From Podarcis pityusensis (lineage: Eukaryota), in NCBI GenBank assembly GCA_964106645.2, contig CAXKZF020000232.1: a stretch of 64,000 nt of DNA. One strand, given 5' to 3'. Numbering within the stretch: position 1 is the stretch's first letter; every line of letters begins with the position of its first letter. This document shows positions 15,518 through 25,862 of this stretch, in pieces. The translations under genes and the position numbers were made by a program. The notes below the pieces were generated by a model. The model worked only from the letters and a program-made list of their open reading frames with translations, had not been told where the DNA came from and made no database searches.

Positions 15518-16738
15518 ATGACACCCAAGCTTACTCGCGATGACATCACTCGCACCCTCCACCTGTCCTCTCGCGATGCTGCGACGGAACTAGGCGTAGG
15601 CAAGACCACTATCAACGACTACCGAAGGATGTACAAGGTGCGCCCTGCATCCACCAATGACCCGATCGTCGCAGAGGATGCCACGATGGAGGGTGTGCTC
15701 CAAGAGCTTCGGCAGGGCAAGACTGACCTCGCCAACCACTCGCTGTCTTTCACTACCGTCGAGCGAGAACTTGCCGATGGTTCGGTCAAGCACCAGTACA
15801 CCGTTCGTGCTGTGCCGCAGAAGGGCGCAAGCGCTCTTAGCATGCCTAACGCCGATGAGCTCATCGCTGCCATCAACGAGTGGGTCCCCGAGCAGGTGGA
15901 GTACAACCCCACCAAGTCCCCCGTGTTCGTCGTCCTCCCTGCTGACCTCCAGGTTGGCAAGGTGTCCGACAACGGTGGGACGGACGAGTTGGAGGAACGC
16001 GTCAAGCGCTCCTTCGACAGGGCAGCCGCCCGCTGCCGTGACGCAGGCGGCTACCCGTTCATCGTGATGGCAGACCTCGGTGACATCATCGAGAACTTCT
16101 ACAACACGTCAGCCCAGCGCGAGACCAACGATCGCGACCTGACGAGCCAGGTCCGCATCGCACGTAGCCTCATGGCCTACGGTGTGCGAGCACTGGCCCC
16201 ATACTGCCAGAAGATGTACGTCGTTAGCGTTCCTAGCAACCACGCATCCGTCCGTGTCGGCTTCAAGGCTGACGCTGCTCACCCGTCGAATGACTGGGGC
16301 ATCGCGATCAACGATCAGCTCAAGGACATCTTCGCTGAGCGTGAGGAGTTCGCTCACGTCGAGTTCGTCGTCCCGACCGGGCTGGAGGACTCCGTGGCTG
16401 TCAACCTGTCCATCACGGACGGCGAGGGCAACATCGTGGACACCACGACCTTCGGCTTCATGCATGGTCACCAGGCTGTCAAGGCTGACAAGATCGGTGA
16501 CTGGTGGCGCGGTCAGTCCCTCGGGCGTGGGCCTGTCGCCACGGCTGACGTCCTGCTGGTGGGTCACTTCCACTCCTACCGCAAGATGCAGGCAGGTGAC
16601 GAGCGCTGGATCGTCGTGGCACCGTCCAGTGACAACGGCTCGGACTGGTACCGCCGCCTCACTGGCGACAAGGCCACGGCTGGCATGCTGACATTCGAGG
16701 CCACGAATGGATCACTACTGCGTGAGGAGATCGTGTGA
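15518..16738 (+). CDS. metallophosphoesterase (Mre11-like) with N-terminal HTH
   Basis: ADLQVG, LGDIIE, PSNH, MHGH, GHFH motifs. Confidence 0.8.
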   Translation: MTPKLTRDDITRTLHLSSRDAATELGVGKTTINDYRRMYKVRPASTNDPIVAEDATMEGVLQELRQGKTDLANHSLSFTTVERELADGSVKHQYTVRAVPQKGASALSMPNADELIAAINEWVPEQVEYNPTKSPVFVVLPADLQVGKVSDNGGTDELEERVKRSFDRAAARCRDAGGYPFIVMADLGDIIENFYNTSAQRETNDRDLTSQVRIARSLMAYGVRALAPYCQKMYVVSVPSNHASVRVGFKADAAHPSNDWGIAINDQLKDIFAEREEFAHVEFVVPTGLEDSVAVNLSITDGEGNIVDTTTFGFMHGHQAVKADKIGDWWRGQSLGRGPVATADVLLVGHFHSYRKMQAGDERWIVVAPSSDNGSDWYRRLTGDKATAGMLTFEATNGSLLREEIV

Positions 16739-17001
16739 GCACCATCTATGGGATCAACGCCAACCAACTCACCATCCCCACCAGTCCCCCGCAGGACCCA
16801 CGCATCAACGTAGCATACGCGGAGATCACACAACTCCAGAGGCAGGTGAGTAACCTGGAGTTGACCAAGATCAGCCACGCCTCGCAGATCCAGGCACTCC
16901 AGGGTCAGCTCCTCGAAGAGATCAATCAGCGCCGGGAACTCCAACGTCTCGTGGAGGATCTGGTCAAGGACCTCACCGCAGGTGTTGACACGGAGGACTA
17001 G
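16735..17001 (+). CDS. coiled-coil hypothetical protein
   Basis: Coupled ORF, GAGGAG RBS. Confidence 0.65.
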   Translation: MSTIYGINANQLTIPTSPPQDPRINVAYAEITQLQRQVSNLELTKISHASQIQALQGQLLEEINQRRELQRLVEDLVKDLTAGVDTED

Positions 17002-17103
17002 TATGTGCTATACTGGTCTTGCAACACAAGAGGGACCTAGCGCCTACGACCAGCTAGTCACAGTCTGACAAACTACTGTCCAGGGGGCTTCGGCCCCCTG
17101 TCT

Positions 17104-17175
17104 GCATCCTTGGTGTAACGGTAACACAGCAGCTTCCAAACCTGCCAGTTCTGGGTTCGAATCCTAGAGGATGTG
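17104..17175 (+). tRNA. tRNA-Trp(CCA)
   Basis: Cloverleaf, G73; promoter TTGACA-18-TATACT at 16985. Confidence 0.88.
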
Positions 17176-17213
17176 CGCCATCCCGACAAGGACGCGCTAC
17201 TGCGCAGGCAACA

Positions 17214-17250
17214 AAGAACCCCCACCCTATACAGGTGGGGGTTCTTCCTT
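17214..17250. terminator. bidirectional terminator between convergent arms
   Basis: AAGAACCCCCACC/GGTGGGGGTTCTT. Confidence 0.8.
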
Positions 17251-17260
17251 GTTAGGAGCC

Positions 17261-17674
17261 CTAACGGGGGAGCGGCTGAGTGTTCTCCTCGACCACGACC
17301 GACGAACCGGCAGTCGCGTGAGCGTCACGCTCAACGGGTGCGGGGATAGCCTCGGTCACAGTCTTCGCGTCACCGGGACGGAAGTACACAGGCAGGTTGG
17401 CAGAGCCAAGCAGCCACTTCTCAAGCCACGGGTACTTCGGGCTAGCCACGCGGACGAGCCAGTAGTACAGGGCGATCACGCCAGCCAGCGCGAGCGACTG
17501 GATGATACCCATAGCCGTGAAGCCGATGAGTCCGGCCCGCTGGATCTCCGCGTCAATGCCCGTCAGCACGTCCGCCACGGCGGGGATCTTCGTGACGAGC
17601 CAGGCGATGAATGCACCTACGGCTGCGGGCACGTAGGTACGGAGCGTACCGATGAATCGGTCACTGCGCGTCAT
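17261..17674 (-). CDS. membrane protein (holin-like)
   Basis: Two TM segments, RTYVP...G motif; lysis context. Confidence 0.65.
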   Translation of the reverse strand: MTRSDRFIGTLRTYVPAAVGAFIAWLVTKIPAVADVLTGIDAEIQRAGLIGFTAMGIIQSLALAGVIALYYWLVRVASPKYPWLEKWLLGSANLPVYFRPGDAKTVTEAIPAPVERDAHATAGSSVVVEENTQPLPR

Positions 17675-18071
17675 GTTCTTCTCTTTCCTTCTGGTATCTG
17701 ATTGCCTTCGGGGTAGGTTCACCCGTCAGAGCGTTGCTGGGCTCAAGTCCATCTGGCGGCTGTCGTACCCACGTAGACCACAGGGTCCACAGCAGTCCAC
17801 CCGATGCCAGCAGCGCGAATCCGTAGATGATCACGCGAGCCCACAGGTATCCCTCAGACTCGAATCCGAAGATTCGGCTCAGGAGACTGAGCGACGATAG
17901 TGCTACTACCATGCTCACGAACGCCATGATACTGCGCCCCGCCGGACGGGTCCACCACTTGAAGAAGAACCCGTAGGACAGCACGAAGGACACCGCCATC
18001 AGCAGTGCGACGTTAGCAAACCATGTGCCGACAATCCACAGCACATGCTCCTCCACTGGTGTCATTAGCAT
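17661..18071 (-). CDS. membrane protein (putative holin)
   Basis: Three TM segments, WW..PAGRS.M. Confidence 0.65.
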   Translation of the reverse strand: MLMTPVEEHVLWIVGTWFANVALLMAVSFVLSYGFFFKWWTRPAGRSIMAFVSMVVALSSLSLLSRIFGFESEGYLWARVIIYGFALLASGGLLWTLWSTWVRQPPDGLEPSNALTGEPTPKAIRYQKEREEHDAQ

Positions 18072-18274
18072 CAGTTGGCCCTTCTCATAGTAATCTCAAA
18101 TCCTTCGCTGAACCCGTTGCGCTTACGGACTCCAACTAGTGCTTCGCTCACCCTCTCGATGAATGGGCGGTTCTGCTCAGCCTGCGCCTTGATCTCTTCT
18201 GCCTGCTCGCGGGCAGTGCTAGCTTCCGACTGGAGCGCATCCAGTTCGGCTACTGTTCTGCGGTTCTGAGTCAC
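18071..18274 (-). CDS. small coiled-coil lysis-cassette protein
   Basis: Coupled ORF, RNGFSE motif. Confidence 0.6.
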   Translation of the reverse strand: MTQNRRTVAELDALQSEASTAREQAEEIKAQAEQNRPFIERVSEALVGVRKRNGFSEGFEITMRRAN

Positions 18275-18642
18275 GGTGAACCGCCTCCCTCTGGGGTCGG
18301 GTGCAGAATCTTGTAACTCCCCGTGACTGGAGTCTTGTTGAAGAAGTCATTGACGACGCGGTTAGCTTCAATGAGCATCGTATTCTGATGACGCAGGATG
18401 TTGTTCGCTTCCATCATGGATGCGATCGTCTCCTGCTGGTTGGTAATGGTCTCGTCCTGCTTGTCGAGGTACTTGTCCCTCGACACCAGGATCTGGTCTA
18501 CTGCGGAGCGCGTCATAATTCTTCCGCTGGCGAAGAGCCAGTAGAGGAAGAGCATCATCCCGGCCACGAGACCGAGAGTACCTAGATTCCCCAGCGCCTC
18601 TGAGCTGACCCAAGAAATGACGGGTGCTGCTGAGGTCTGCAC
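18271..18642 (-). CDS. membrane protein (holin-like)
   Basis: One TM segment plus coiled coil, next to endolysin. Confidence 0.6.
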   Translation of the reverse strand: MQTSAAPVISWVSSEALGNLGTLGLVAGMMLFLYWLFASGRIMTRSAVDQILVSRDKYLDKQDETITNQQETIASMMEANNILRHQNTMLIEANRVVNDFFNKTPVTGSYKILHPTPEGGGSP

Positions 18643-18645
18643 GGA

Positions 18646-19413
18646 TTAACCCTTGTTGTTGAGCTTGTCCAGGTAGTACACCAGGGTTCCGCCGTTGTAC
18701 TTGCCCAGCGCGAACTCGCGCTTGCCGTCCTTGATCGCTTCGCGCCACGCTGTGAGGGCGGCGTCAAGCTGGTCGCGGTGACGGGCTGTTTCGATCTGCA
18801 CACGGCCAGCCGCACTCACAAGGTAGTGCTCACCGCCGTACTCAAGGATCATAAGCATATCTGTATCTCCTGTAGGTAGAGTGATTGGTTCTGGTGCGGG
18901 AGGTGCAACCTCCGCAGGCTTCTCGACTGGTGCGACAGCCTTGGTCTTGTAGGCGGGACGCTGTAGACCTGAGGCCGCAGCCCAAGCATCGATCGACGCC
19001 CACTTGACGCCCTCCCAATACTGCACGATGCCCGACAGCGCACGGCGCTCATCGGTGTACTGCGAGTAGTGGAGGTGCGGTCCTGTGACCTTGCCGGTTC
19101 CACCCAGCAGGCCGATCACCTGACCCTCGGTGACGCGAGTACCCGCCTTCACGACCATCTTGGCGAGGTGACCATAGACACCGTACACGCCATGGTTGTA
19201 GCGGATGATGATGCGGTTGCCCGCGTTCGCGTGCCAGTTGGCTGACATCACGACGCCCGAGTGGACGGCGAGCACGTCAGGGTACTCCTGTAGCGGCTTG
19301 TCCAGCAGCTTCTTGCGCGCCCAGTCGTCGCCAGTGTGCGGGAACGAACGGCCCTTAGTCGTGCCGAACGGCTCGCGCATGTAGCAGTAGCGCTCGTCAA
19401 TAGGTAGTCCCAT
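18646..19413 (-). CDS. endolysin, M23 peptidase
   Basis: HTGDD, YGHL, TGPHLH motifs. Confidence 0.88.
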   Translation of the reverse strand: MGLPIDERYCYMREPFGTTKGRSFPHTGDDWARKKLLDKPLQEYPDVLAVHSGVVMSANWHANAGNRIIIRYNHGVYGVYGHLAKMVVKAGTRVTEGQVIGLLGGTGKVTGPHLHYSQYTDERRALSGIVQYWEGVKWASIDAWAAASGLQRPAYKTKAVAPVEKPAEVAPPAPEPITLPTGDTDMLMILEYGGEHYLVSAAGRVQIETARHRDQLDAALTAWREAIKDGKREFALGKYNGGTLVYYLDKLNNKG

Positions 19414-19940
19414 TAGACACCAATCCTTGTCAGCGCGAACGAACTGTTGGACGCGCGCACGGTACCGCCCTGGCTTCCTGTAGTCCAGATGCTGACCGTA
19501 TCGTTAGCAGCAAGCGTGACGGGCACGGTTGCGATGATCACGAGCGATGGACCGCTCGAACCGAGCAGGCCACTGAATCGTGCGTACGGAATGACGACGC
19601 CATTCACGCGGAACTCTGCGTCTCGCCAGGTGTTGTTCACCGTGGGCGAGATACTGATGCTGGCACTCACCAGGTAGGTGCCAGGCTTCGACGGACGAAG
19701 CCCGCTGCTCGCGACTGTGACATCCGAGCCGATCACCAGCGACGCGAATGCGATCTGCTGCATCGTGTCGTTACCTGTGAGGGTCTGGTCAGCGGTGAGG
19801 CGTGCGCGCCCATACACGGCGGCGGATGCTGCTGTGATGGCGGCGTCCGTTGTGGACGCCATCTGCGCGAACACGTTCTCAAGCGGCGCAAGCTGCGTCG
19901 TTGAGTCCGGGTAGTAGATCCCTCTTGTGGTCGTTGGCAT
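19413..19940 (-). CDS. minor tail protein with C1q/BclA-like C-terminal domain
   Basis: TTRGIYYP N-terminus; beta-rich C-terminus similar to that of the tail fiber. Confidence 0.7.
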   Translation of the reverse strand: MPTTTRGIYYPDSTTQLAPLENVFAQMASTTDAAITAASAAVYGRARLTADQTLTGNDTMQQIAFASLVIGSDVTVASSGLRPSKPGTYLVSASISISPTVNNTWRDAEFRVNGVVIPYARFSGLLGSSGPSLVIIATVPVTLAANDTVSIWTTGSQGGTVRASNSSFALTRIGV

Positions 19941-19968
19941 TAGTTCTCCTAATCTATTGTATCATCTT

Positions 19969-22900
19969 CTAGAACTGCTCGCGGCTCACAGTGAGTCCAG
20001 TCGTCAGCGCCTGGATCACTGTCGTGCCAGCCGACGCAGAACCCTGCGTCCACAGCTCAACGTAGTCGCCCGCCACGAGCGGGATCGGGACGCTCAGCGA
20101 GCAGAGAGCGGCAGCACCGCTCGGTCCCATGGATGCACCTCGCGTCGTACCGTTCACGATGACACCGTTCACGCGGATGTGGATGTCGCGCCAGGTGTTC
20201 GAGTTCGTCGGCTGAGCCACGAGGTCCGCCGTGATTCGGTACACGCCTGACGCACCAGCCGGGATGGTGATGCGAGAGTTCGATACCGGGATAGGGTCGG
20301 ACGTGCTGTTGTTCAGCGTCACTCGCGTCCAGGTGTTGGGGCTGGTGATCGTCTGGTTCACAGCAGGGTAGGCCAGGGCGTAGAACTGCCGCGCCGTAAC
20401 CATGCCGTAGCCCGAGCCGAGGTCGATCTGCGTCGTCTTGATCTGCGATGACGTGACCTTATCGAGCCACGACTCGCTAGCCGCGAGGTCGTACTGCACA
20501 CCGTTGGTCGTACCGCCGATCTGGATGAAGCGGTTGCGGTTGTTCGCCTTGTCGAACGCACTGAGCGTCATCACGCCACGAGCGAACGAGTCCATGGTGC
20601 TGACCGTGACGCGGGCCATGTCGTAGTTGACCTTGCCGTCTGTCCAGTCGGAGGTCCACGTCAGACCTGTGTCGCGCAGACCCATGTGCTGCTCAAGGCC
20701 GTCAGGCGATGTGATCTCGATACCCTCACCGAGGTACTGGATCGAGTCAACGATCGTACCTGTGATGGTTCCACCCACGATGCTTGATCCGGTGATCGTC
20801 TTACCTGTGATCGCGTCAGCCGCGAGAGCGGTGGCAGTGATCTCTCCTGCCTTGATCTCGTTCGCCGTGATCGTGTTGGCTGCGATCTCGTTGGCCGTCA
20901 CCTGGTTCGCACCGATGCGATCTGAGGTGATCGAGCGAGCGATGATCTTAGTAGCGCTAAGAGTGTTCGCCGCGATGCGGTCACCGTTGATCGAGTCGGC
21001 CAGCATGTTCTCGGTCATAATCGACCCAGCCACGATGCGGTTCGCATTCAGGGTGTTCGTAGCGATACGGTCACCGTTGATGCTGTTGGCCGTCATGCGG
21101 TCAGTCGTGATGGACCCGGCTACGATCTTGTCAGCGTTGAGCGTGTTCGTCAGGATGCGGTCACCGTTAATGGTGTTCGCTGTCATCCTGTCAGTGGTGA
21201 TCGTACCCGCTGTGATCTTGCTCGCGTCGAGCGAGTTGGCTGCGATGCGATCAGACGCCAGGAACCCAGCCGTGATCTTCGCCGCGGACAGGTCGTTGAC
21301 CTTCGCGTTCGTCACGGCGAGGTCAGCGATCTTGGCGGAGGTGATGACAGCATCCGCGAGGATACCGGACGCTGCTGTGATCGTGCCTGTCACCATCTTC
21401 GAGGCTGTGATCTCACCAGCCTTGATCGCGTTGGCTGTGACGGCATCCGCCTGGATAGCGCCAGCGTACACAGCGTTGGCAGCGAGCTCGTTGGCAGTGA
21501 TGGCGTTGGTAGCGATCTGCCCAGCGGTCACCGAGTCAGCCTCGATCTTGCCGCCGTCGATGGTCGTCTTGCCTGTGACCTTCCACGCCTGCACGAGGTT
21601 GTTAGCGTCGCTAGCAGCCTTGTCCTGTGCGCTCACCCATGTCGTACCGTTCCAGCGCTTCGGTGTGTTCGCCCCGCCGGTCTCATCGATCCACAGATCG
21701 TAGGCGCGGTCGTCCGGGCTGTCGCCGTAGAACCACTGGCGCGTGGGATCGTACTCACCTGCATAGATGTCGATGTCAGAGAGCTCGATCCATGCACCCG
21801 CAGCCTGTGGCTTGGGTCCGATGACCGCTCTCGTGTTGCCGTCGTAGGTGCGCGGCTCGCTGTTGGTAGAGCGCAGAGTCACCCAGTCAGTGTAGGTGAC
21901 GCCGGGGACTGCATTGATGTCAGTCGTGCGGTTGCGGCTGACCTGGACGATACCGCCAGAGCCTGAGTATGCGGCGATCGGGCCGATTGACCCTGCGGTG
22001 TTCACTCTCCACGAAACCACAGCAGTGATAGACGTCGCCACAGGCACAGCGTCCAGCGCGTGTCGCACGATAGCGCCGATGTCACCGTTGTTGACGACGA
22101 CTGTTGTCCAGGTCTTACGTCGGGCGAAGCCGGACTTCGACCAAGTGACCGACTGGGTTGTGTCGGTAGCTACGTTACCTGCACTTCCGCTGTACGACGT
22201 GAACCCGGTTGAGCCGTTGCCGCCAGGGTTGAGGTGCATGTTACGCGCAACCTCGACGCCATCGACGGTCTTGGTAGACATTGTGCTGTTCGCTGCGCCG
22301 ACCCACTGGTACGTGGTACCGCTGGGCGGAGTAGCAGCCTGGCTCCAGATGCGGCCCTTGGTCGCAGCCAGCGCAGCAGCGCTGTCCACCTTAATGCCCT
22401 GAGCCGCGAGGTTGTTGTTCAGGTTCGGGATGGTCGTGTTGTTGAGCGTGTTGAGCTGGCCCTGAGCCGTACCGATGTTCGTGTTAGCGGTGCTAATCGC
22501 GGAGTCCACGGCAGTCTTGTTGTCCGTGATGCGCTGACGCTCCGTAGCCAGGTCGGTGTTGAGCTGGGGGATCGTCGTAGTCGTCAGCGTGTTGAGCTGA
22601 CCCTTGGCTGTGCTGAGGTCCGTGCTCAGCGTTCCTAGACTCCCTGACAGCTCCGTGATGCGACCGCGCTCCGTGGCGAGATCCGTGTTGAGCTGCGGAA
22701 TCGTGACCGTGTTGAGCGTCGTGATCTCGTTGCGTGCGATCTGGCCCTCAGCCAGCCCCGTCACGTTGCGGAACGAGAAGTCCGTCCACCAGACCGTACC
22801 CTCAGTGTTGTCCGCCACGATCGTCGCGCGCAGGGTTGTGACGCCAGCCGGTACCGTGTAACGCGACTTGACTTCACGCCACTGGTTGCGGAACGAGAGC

Positions 22901-23595
22901 GGCGCGACAGGTGCCGTGCGGAGTGCGTTGGTCTGGTCGGCCACGCGGAGCTTCGAGTTGCTGGTCGTACCGTTGAACGCATCGTCCAGGTATGCCCAGC
23001 CGCTGATCTCCCAGACTTCGCCCTCAGTGACGGATGTCTGGAGCGTGACGTTCGGCTGGTTGGCGCGAGTCAGGAGGACGCTCGAAGTGGTAGGCGTACC
23101 TGTGCGCTTGAGTGCGCCGCCAACGCCGTTGCGGTTCATCGTCATGTCGATGGACCAGCTCGCGTCAGGCAGATCCCACAGCGTCGCGTTCGTCACATAC
23201 GGGTCGATGATGACATTCGAGTTCATCGTCGCGACGCGGTTAGCCCAGCTAATGACGCCGGGGATCGTCGTCGTGTTGATCGTACCGATCGCGTTGCTGG
23301 CTGCCAGCAGGTCCGCGTCGAGCTGAGGTAGCTTGACAGTGTTGAGGTCGTTGAGCGCCGTGTCCAGCGCAGGAAGCTGCACCTCATCGAGGTTGGTCAG
23401 CTTAGCCTCTGCCTCAGTCAGCGCAGCGCCAACGACGGCTGCCCGGTTGTTGGTCTCCACGACCGCCTGACCGAACGAACCGACGTTGACGCTGACGCCG
23501 CGAACCTGAGTCTGAGCCGCCGACAGCCTACGCTCCATTTCGCGAGCCCATGGCATCGCGTTGGGAGGCAGGTTAGCCGGAGGAAGCTTAGACAT
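19969..23595 (-). CDS. tail fiber / receptor-binding protein
   Basis: Coiled-coil repeats, CBM-like domains, 10-aa I.A..I.A..I repeats. Confidence 0.8.
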   Translation of the reverse strand: MSKLPPANLPPNAMPWAREMERRLSAAQTQVRGVSVNVGSFGQAVVETNNRAAVVGAALTEAEAKLTNLDEVQLPALDTALNDLNTVKLPQLDADLLAASNAIGTINTTTIPGVISWANRVATMNSNVIIDPYVTNATLWDLPDASWSIDMTMNRNGVGGALKRTGTPTTSSVLLTRANQPNVTLQTSVTEGEVWEISGWAYLDDAFNGTTSNSKLRVADQTNALRTAPVAPLSFRNQWREVKSRYTVPAGVTTLRATIVADNTEGTVWWTDFSFRNVTGLAEGQIARNEITTLNTVTIPQLNTDLATERGRITELSGSLGTLSTDLSTAKGQLNTLTTTTIPQLNTDLATERQRITDNKTAVDSAISTANTNIGTAQGQLNTLNNTTIPNLNNNLAAQGIKVDSAAALAATKGRIWSQAATPPSGTTYQWVGAANSTMSTKTVDGVEVARNMHLNPGGNGSTGFTSYSGSAGNVATDTTQSVTWSKSGFARRKTWTTVVVNNGDIGAIVRHALDAVPVATSITAVVSWRVNTAGSIGPIAAYSGSGGIVQVSRNRTTDINAVPGVTYTDWVTLRSTNSEPRTYDGNTRAVIGPKPQAAGAWIELSDIDIYAGEYDPTRQWFYGDSPDDRAYDLWIDETGGANTPKRWNGTTWVSAQDKAASDANNLVQAWKVTGKTTIDGGKIEADSVTAGQIATNAITANELAANAVYAGAIQADAVTANAIKAGEITASKMVTGTITAASGILADAVITSAKIADLAVTNAKVNDLSAAKITAGFLASDRIAANSLDASKITAGTITTDRMTANTINGDRILTNTLNADKIVAGSITTDRMTANSINGDRIATNTLNANRIVAGSIMTENMLADSINGDRIAANTLSATKIIARSITSDRIGANQVTANEIAANTITANEIKAGEITATALAADAITGKTITGSSIVGGTITGTIVDSIQYLGEGIEITSPDGLEQHMGLRDTGLTWTSDWTDGKVNYDMARVTVSTMDSFARGVMTLSAFDKANNRNRFIQIGGTTNGVQYDLAASESWLDKVTSSQIKTTQIDLGSGYGMVTARQFYALAYPAVNQTITSPNTWTRVTLNNSTSDPIPVSNSRITIPAGASGVYRITADLVAQPTNSNTWRDIHIRVNGVIVNGTTRGASMGPSGAAALCSLSVPIPLVAGDYVELWTQGSASAGTTVIQALTTGLTVSREQF

Positions 23596-23598
23596 ATA

Positions 23599-25050
23599 TT
23601 ATGGTCCTAGTGGTGAGAGGTTAAAGTCTGAGATAGTCTTACCAGTCCACAGCGCATTGAACTGAGCAATAGTCATACTACCATACCGCGTGTTCATGTC
23701 AGACAGTCTCGTGTCTGCGACAGCGTTATAGGTGATGCCCTCAGGTCGGATCGTTGCGTCCGTGATCCGGTACACAGCGTCGTCGCGCTTAATGATCGCA
23801 CCCGCTGTGTAGCCGAACGCCTGGTAGCCTCCGACGCCAGCGGGTGCCAGCGAGAGCGCGTCACCTGTGATCGTCACGACGGAGCCGGACTGGTCAGCGG
23901 CTAGACCACGAGCGGCATCGAGTGCCTGCTCGTATGTGCGGATCGCTGGGCTCTCAAGGGTCATGCCCTCGATGGTGTTGAGGCTACCCTCAGGCGCACC
24001 CGTCAGCGTCGTCACTGTGAGCGGCACCGTGCGGACACCAGTGCCCACCAGTCGCAGCGTCGAGTACGAATCCGACACACCCGAGTTGACGCTCAGCGTG
24101 AACGGTGACAGATGTCCGAGCGCTGCGCCCATGATCTTCACCGTGACGCTCTTGCGGTCATCCTCGTTGATAGCAACGCTAACGCGCCCACCGAAGTTCG
24201 CCCACATCGTCGGAGAGATCGGCAGGCCGTCATTGCCAGCCACGGTGTACACGGAGTCGGGACCCTCATAGTCCGGGCTCACGAACTGCTGAGGCGTGGG
24301 CTGCTTCACAGAGATCAGCGAGGTCTCGGTCTCCAGGATGTGCTCGCTGTACTCGCCAGCATTCACAGTCAGCGTCTCGGTGTCCTCGTTCCATCCGTTC
24401 GGAGGCCACACCAGCGTGTTCGTCACGTAGGTGTCGTTGTTGTATGTGACGCTCACCTCGCGTGCGTACTCGTTGCGTGTAACGTTCCAGGCGTCGTTGA
24501 CCGTGTTGGTCTCCACCGCTGAGATCGCACGCTGAGCGCGGATCATCACGACGTTGTTGACGTACGCGATCTCGAACTTGTAGACCGCACCGAGCTGCTT
24601 GATCAGCTCCCAGGAGTCGCCCTCGTACGCTGCGATCGTGAACGGGATCGAGGAGATAGCCGACGCGATGTTCAGCGTCAGCCCCTCGCGTGCCATGATC
24701 CCGGTCAGGTATCCGCCGAGCGTCCCGTTGTACGGAGCCATCTTCGAGTAGCCGACCAGGTATGACAGCGGGCTCTGCGCCTCGACCGACACGACAGAGT
24801 TGCTGGAGTTCAGCGTGACAGCGCTGCCCTCGAAGCTGCCGTTGTACGTGTCGTTCAGGCGGAACGAGCTACCCTGTAGCTGCTTGCTGTACTTGGATTC
24901 GAGGACGCTAAAGTTCAGCGAGTTCACAGCACCTGCGGTGTTGTGCGGGAACGTCGGCGTAGCCTCTTCCGTGTAGCTGTACTGCTCGATATTCCCTGAG
25001 GTTCCAGCCCATGCACCACTGCCTGCTGTTACGGTGATGTCTACCGCCAT
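23599..25050 (-). CDS. minor tail protein (baseplate hub-like)
   Basis: Synteny after distal tail gene. Confidence 0.7.
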   Translation of the reverse strand: MAVDITVTAGSGAWAGTSGNIEQYSYTEEATPTFPHNTAGAVNSLNFSVLESKYSKQLQGSSFRLNDTYNGSFEGSAVTLNSSNSVVSVEAQSPLSYLVGYSKMAPYNGTLGGYLTGIMAREGLTLNIASAISSIPFTIAAYEGDSWELIKQLGAVYKFEIAYVNNVVMIRAQRAISAVETNTVNDAWNVTRNEYAREVSVTYNNDTYVTNTLVWPPNGWNEDTETLTVNAGEYSEHILETETSLISVKQPTPQQFVSPDYEGPDSVYTVAGNDGLPISPTMWANFGGRVSVAINEDDRKSVTVKIMGAALGHLSPFTLSVNSGVSDSYSTLRLVGTGVRTVPLTVTTLTGAPEGSLNTIEGMTLESPAIRTYEQALDAARGLAADQSGSVVTITGDALSLAPAGVGGYQAFGYTAGAIIKRDDAVYRITDATIRPEGITYNAVADTRLSDMNTRYGSMTIAQFNALWTGKTISDFNLSPLGP

Positions 25051-25862
25051 GGCTCAACCTCCACGAGCTTGACTGCGATGCCCCGGTTGGCGTTTGGCAG
25101 CACGGCGCTGTAACGCGTCTCAGAGGGCTCTCCAGCCGGGAGGCACCCTCCCATACCCTCGCCCGGAGAAAAGCCCGTAGCGGGCGGCTGAGAGCCGATT
25201 AGAGCCACATGAGCGACGATGGCCTGGAGGTCGATCGTCCCGTTGCCTGAAAGCTCGATCGTCACGCCTGTGTGCGTGTTGCCGGAGATCACATGGCTGT
25301 ACTTCGCTCCGCCCGCTGTGGTCAGCGTTGCGTTGAACGATGTGCCGCTGTCGTAGGTCACCTTCACGACCGGCGTACCGGCGACCACAGCGCCCTTGAC
25401 GCCGAGGTGCAGGTTGTAGCCAGGCGGGATTGGCAGCCACACCTTGCGTCGAGTCGCAGCCGTGGCAGCGGTCAGCACGTAGCGTGCGGCCTTTGCCGGG
25501 TAGCGGTTCGACGTGACCAGCGTCGTCACGGTGGGGCGGACGTTCGAACCGTCGAGGATCGGGCCGTCCACCGTCGCACGCCAAGGCTCAGCCCATGCCT
25601 GAGGCATGACGTTCTCAGCGAACGGGTCCACCCAGTACACAGGCTCGCCAGAGCGCAGCGGCATGAGGATGTCATTAGCCTGACTATTGGACATCAGGGA
25701 CCAAGACAGATCCACCTCAGCGTGAGAGGACGTGGAGGAGCGGATAGCCGCCCCTCCATTCAGGAAGTTCACCTGAGCAGTCCAGCCTACTCGGCTCGCG
25801 TTGAAGTCAACGGACGGGTCCTTGACCCAGCCCATGTTGCCCTTGGTTCCGAAGTAGACCAC
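25041..25862 (-). CDS. minor tail protein (distal tail-like)
   Basis: Immediately after tape measure. Confidence 0.7.
   Translation of the reverse strand: MVYFGTKGNMGWVKDPSVDFNASRVGWTAQVNFLNGGAAIRSSTSSHAEVDLSWSLMSNSQANDILMPLRSGEPVYWVDPFAENVMPQAWAEPWRATVDGPILDGSNVRPTVTTLVTSNRYPAKAARYVLTAATAATRRKVWLPIPPGYNLHLGVKGAVVAGTPVVKVTYDSGTSFNATLTTAGGAKYSHVISGNTHTGVTIELSGNGTIDLQAIVAHVALIGSQPPATGFSPGEGMGGCLPAGEPSETRYSAVLPNANRGIAVKLVEVEPWR

Noticed and set aside
16985-17103. Third attenuator for tRNA-Trp
   Set aside because: The short ORFs here have no Trp codon and the hairpin before the tRNA has no U-tract.
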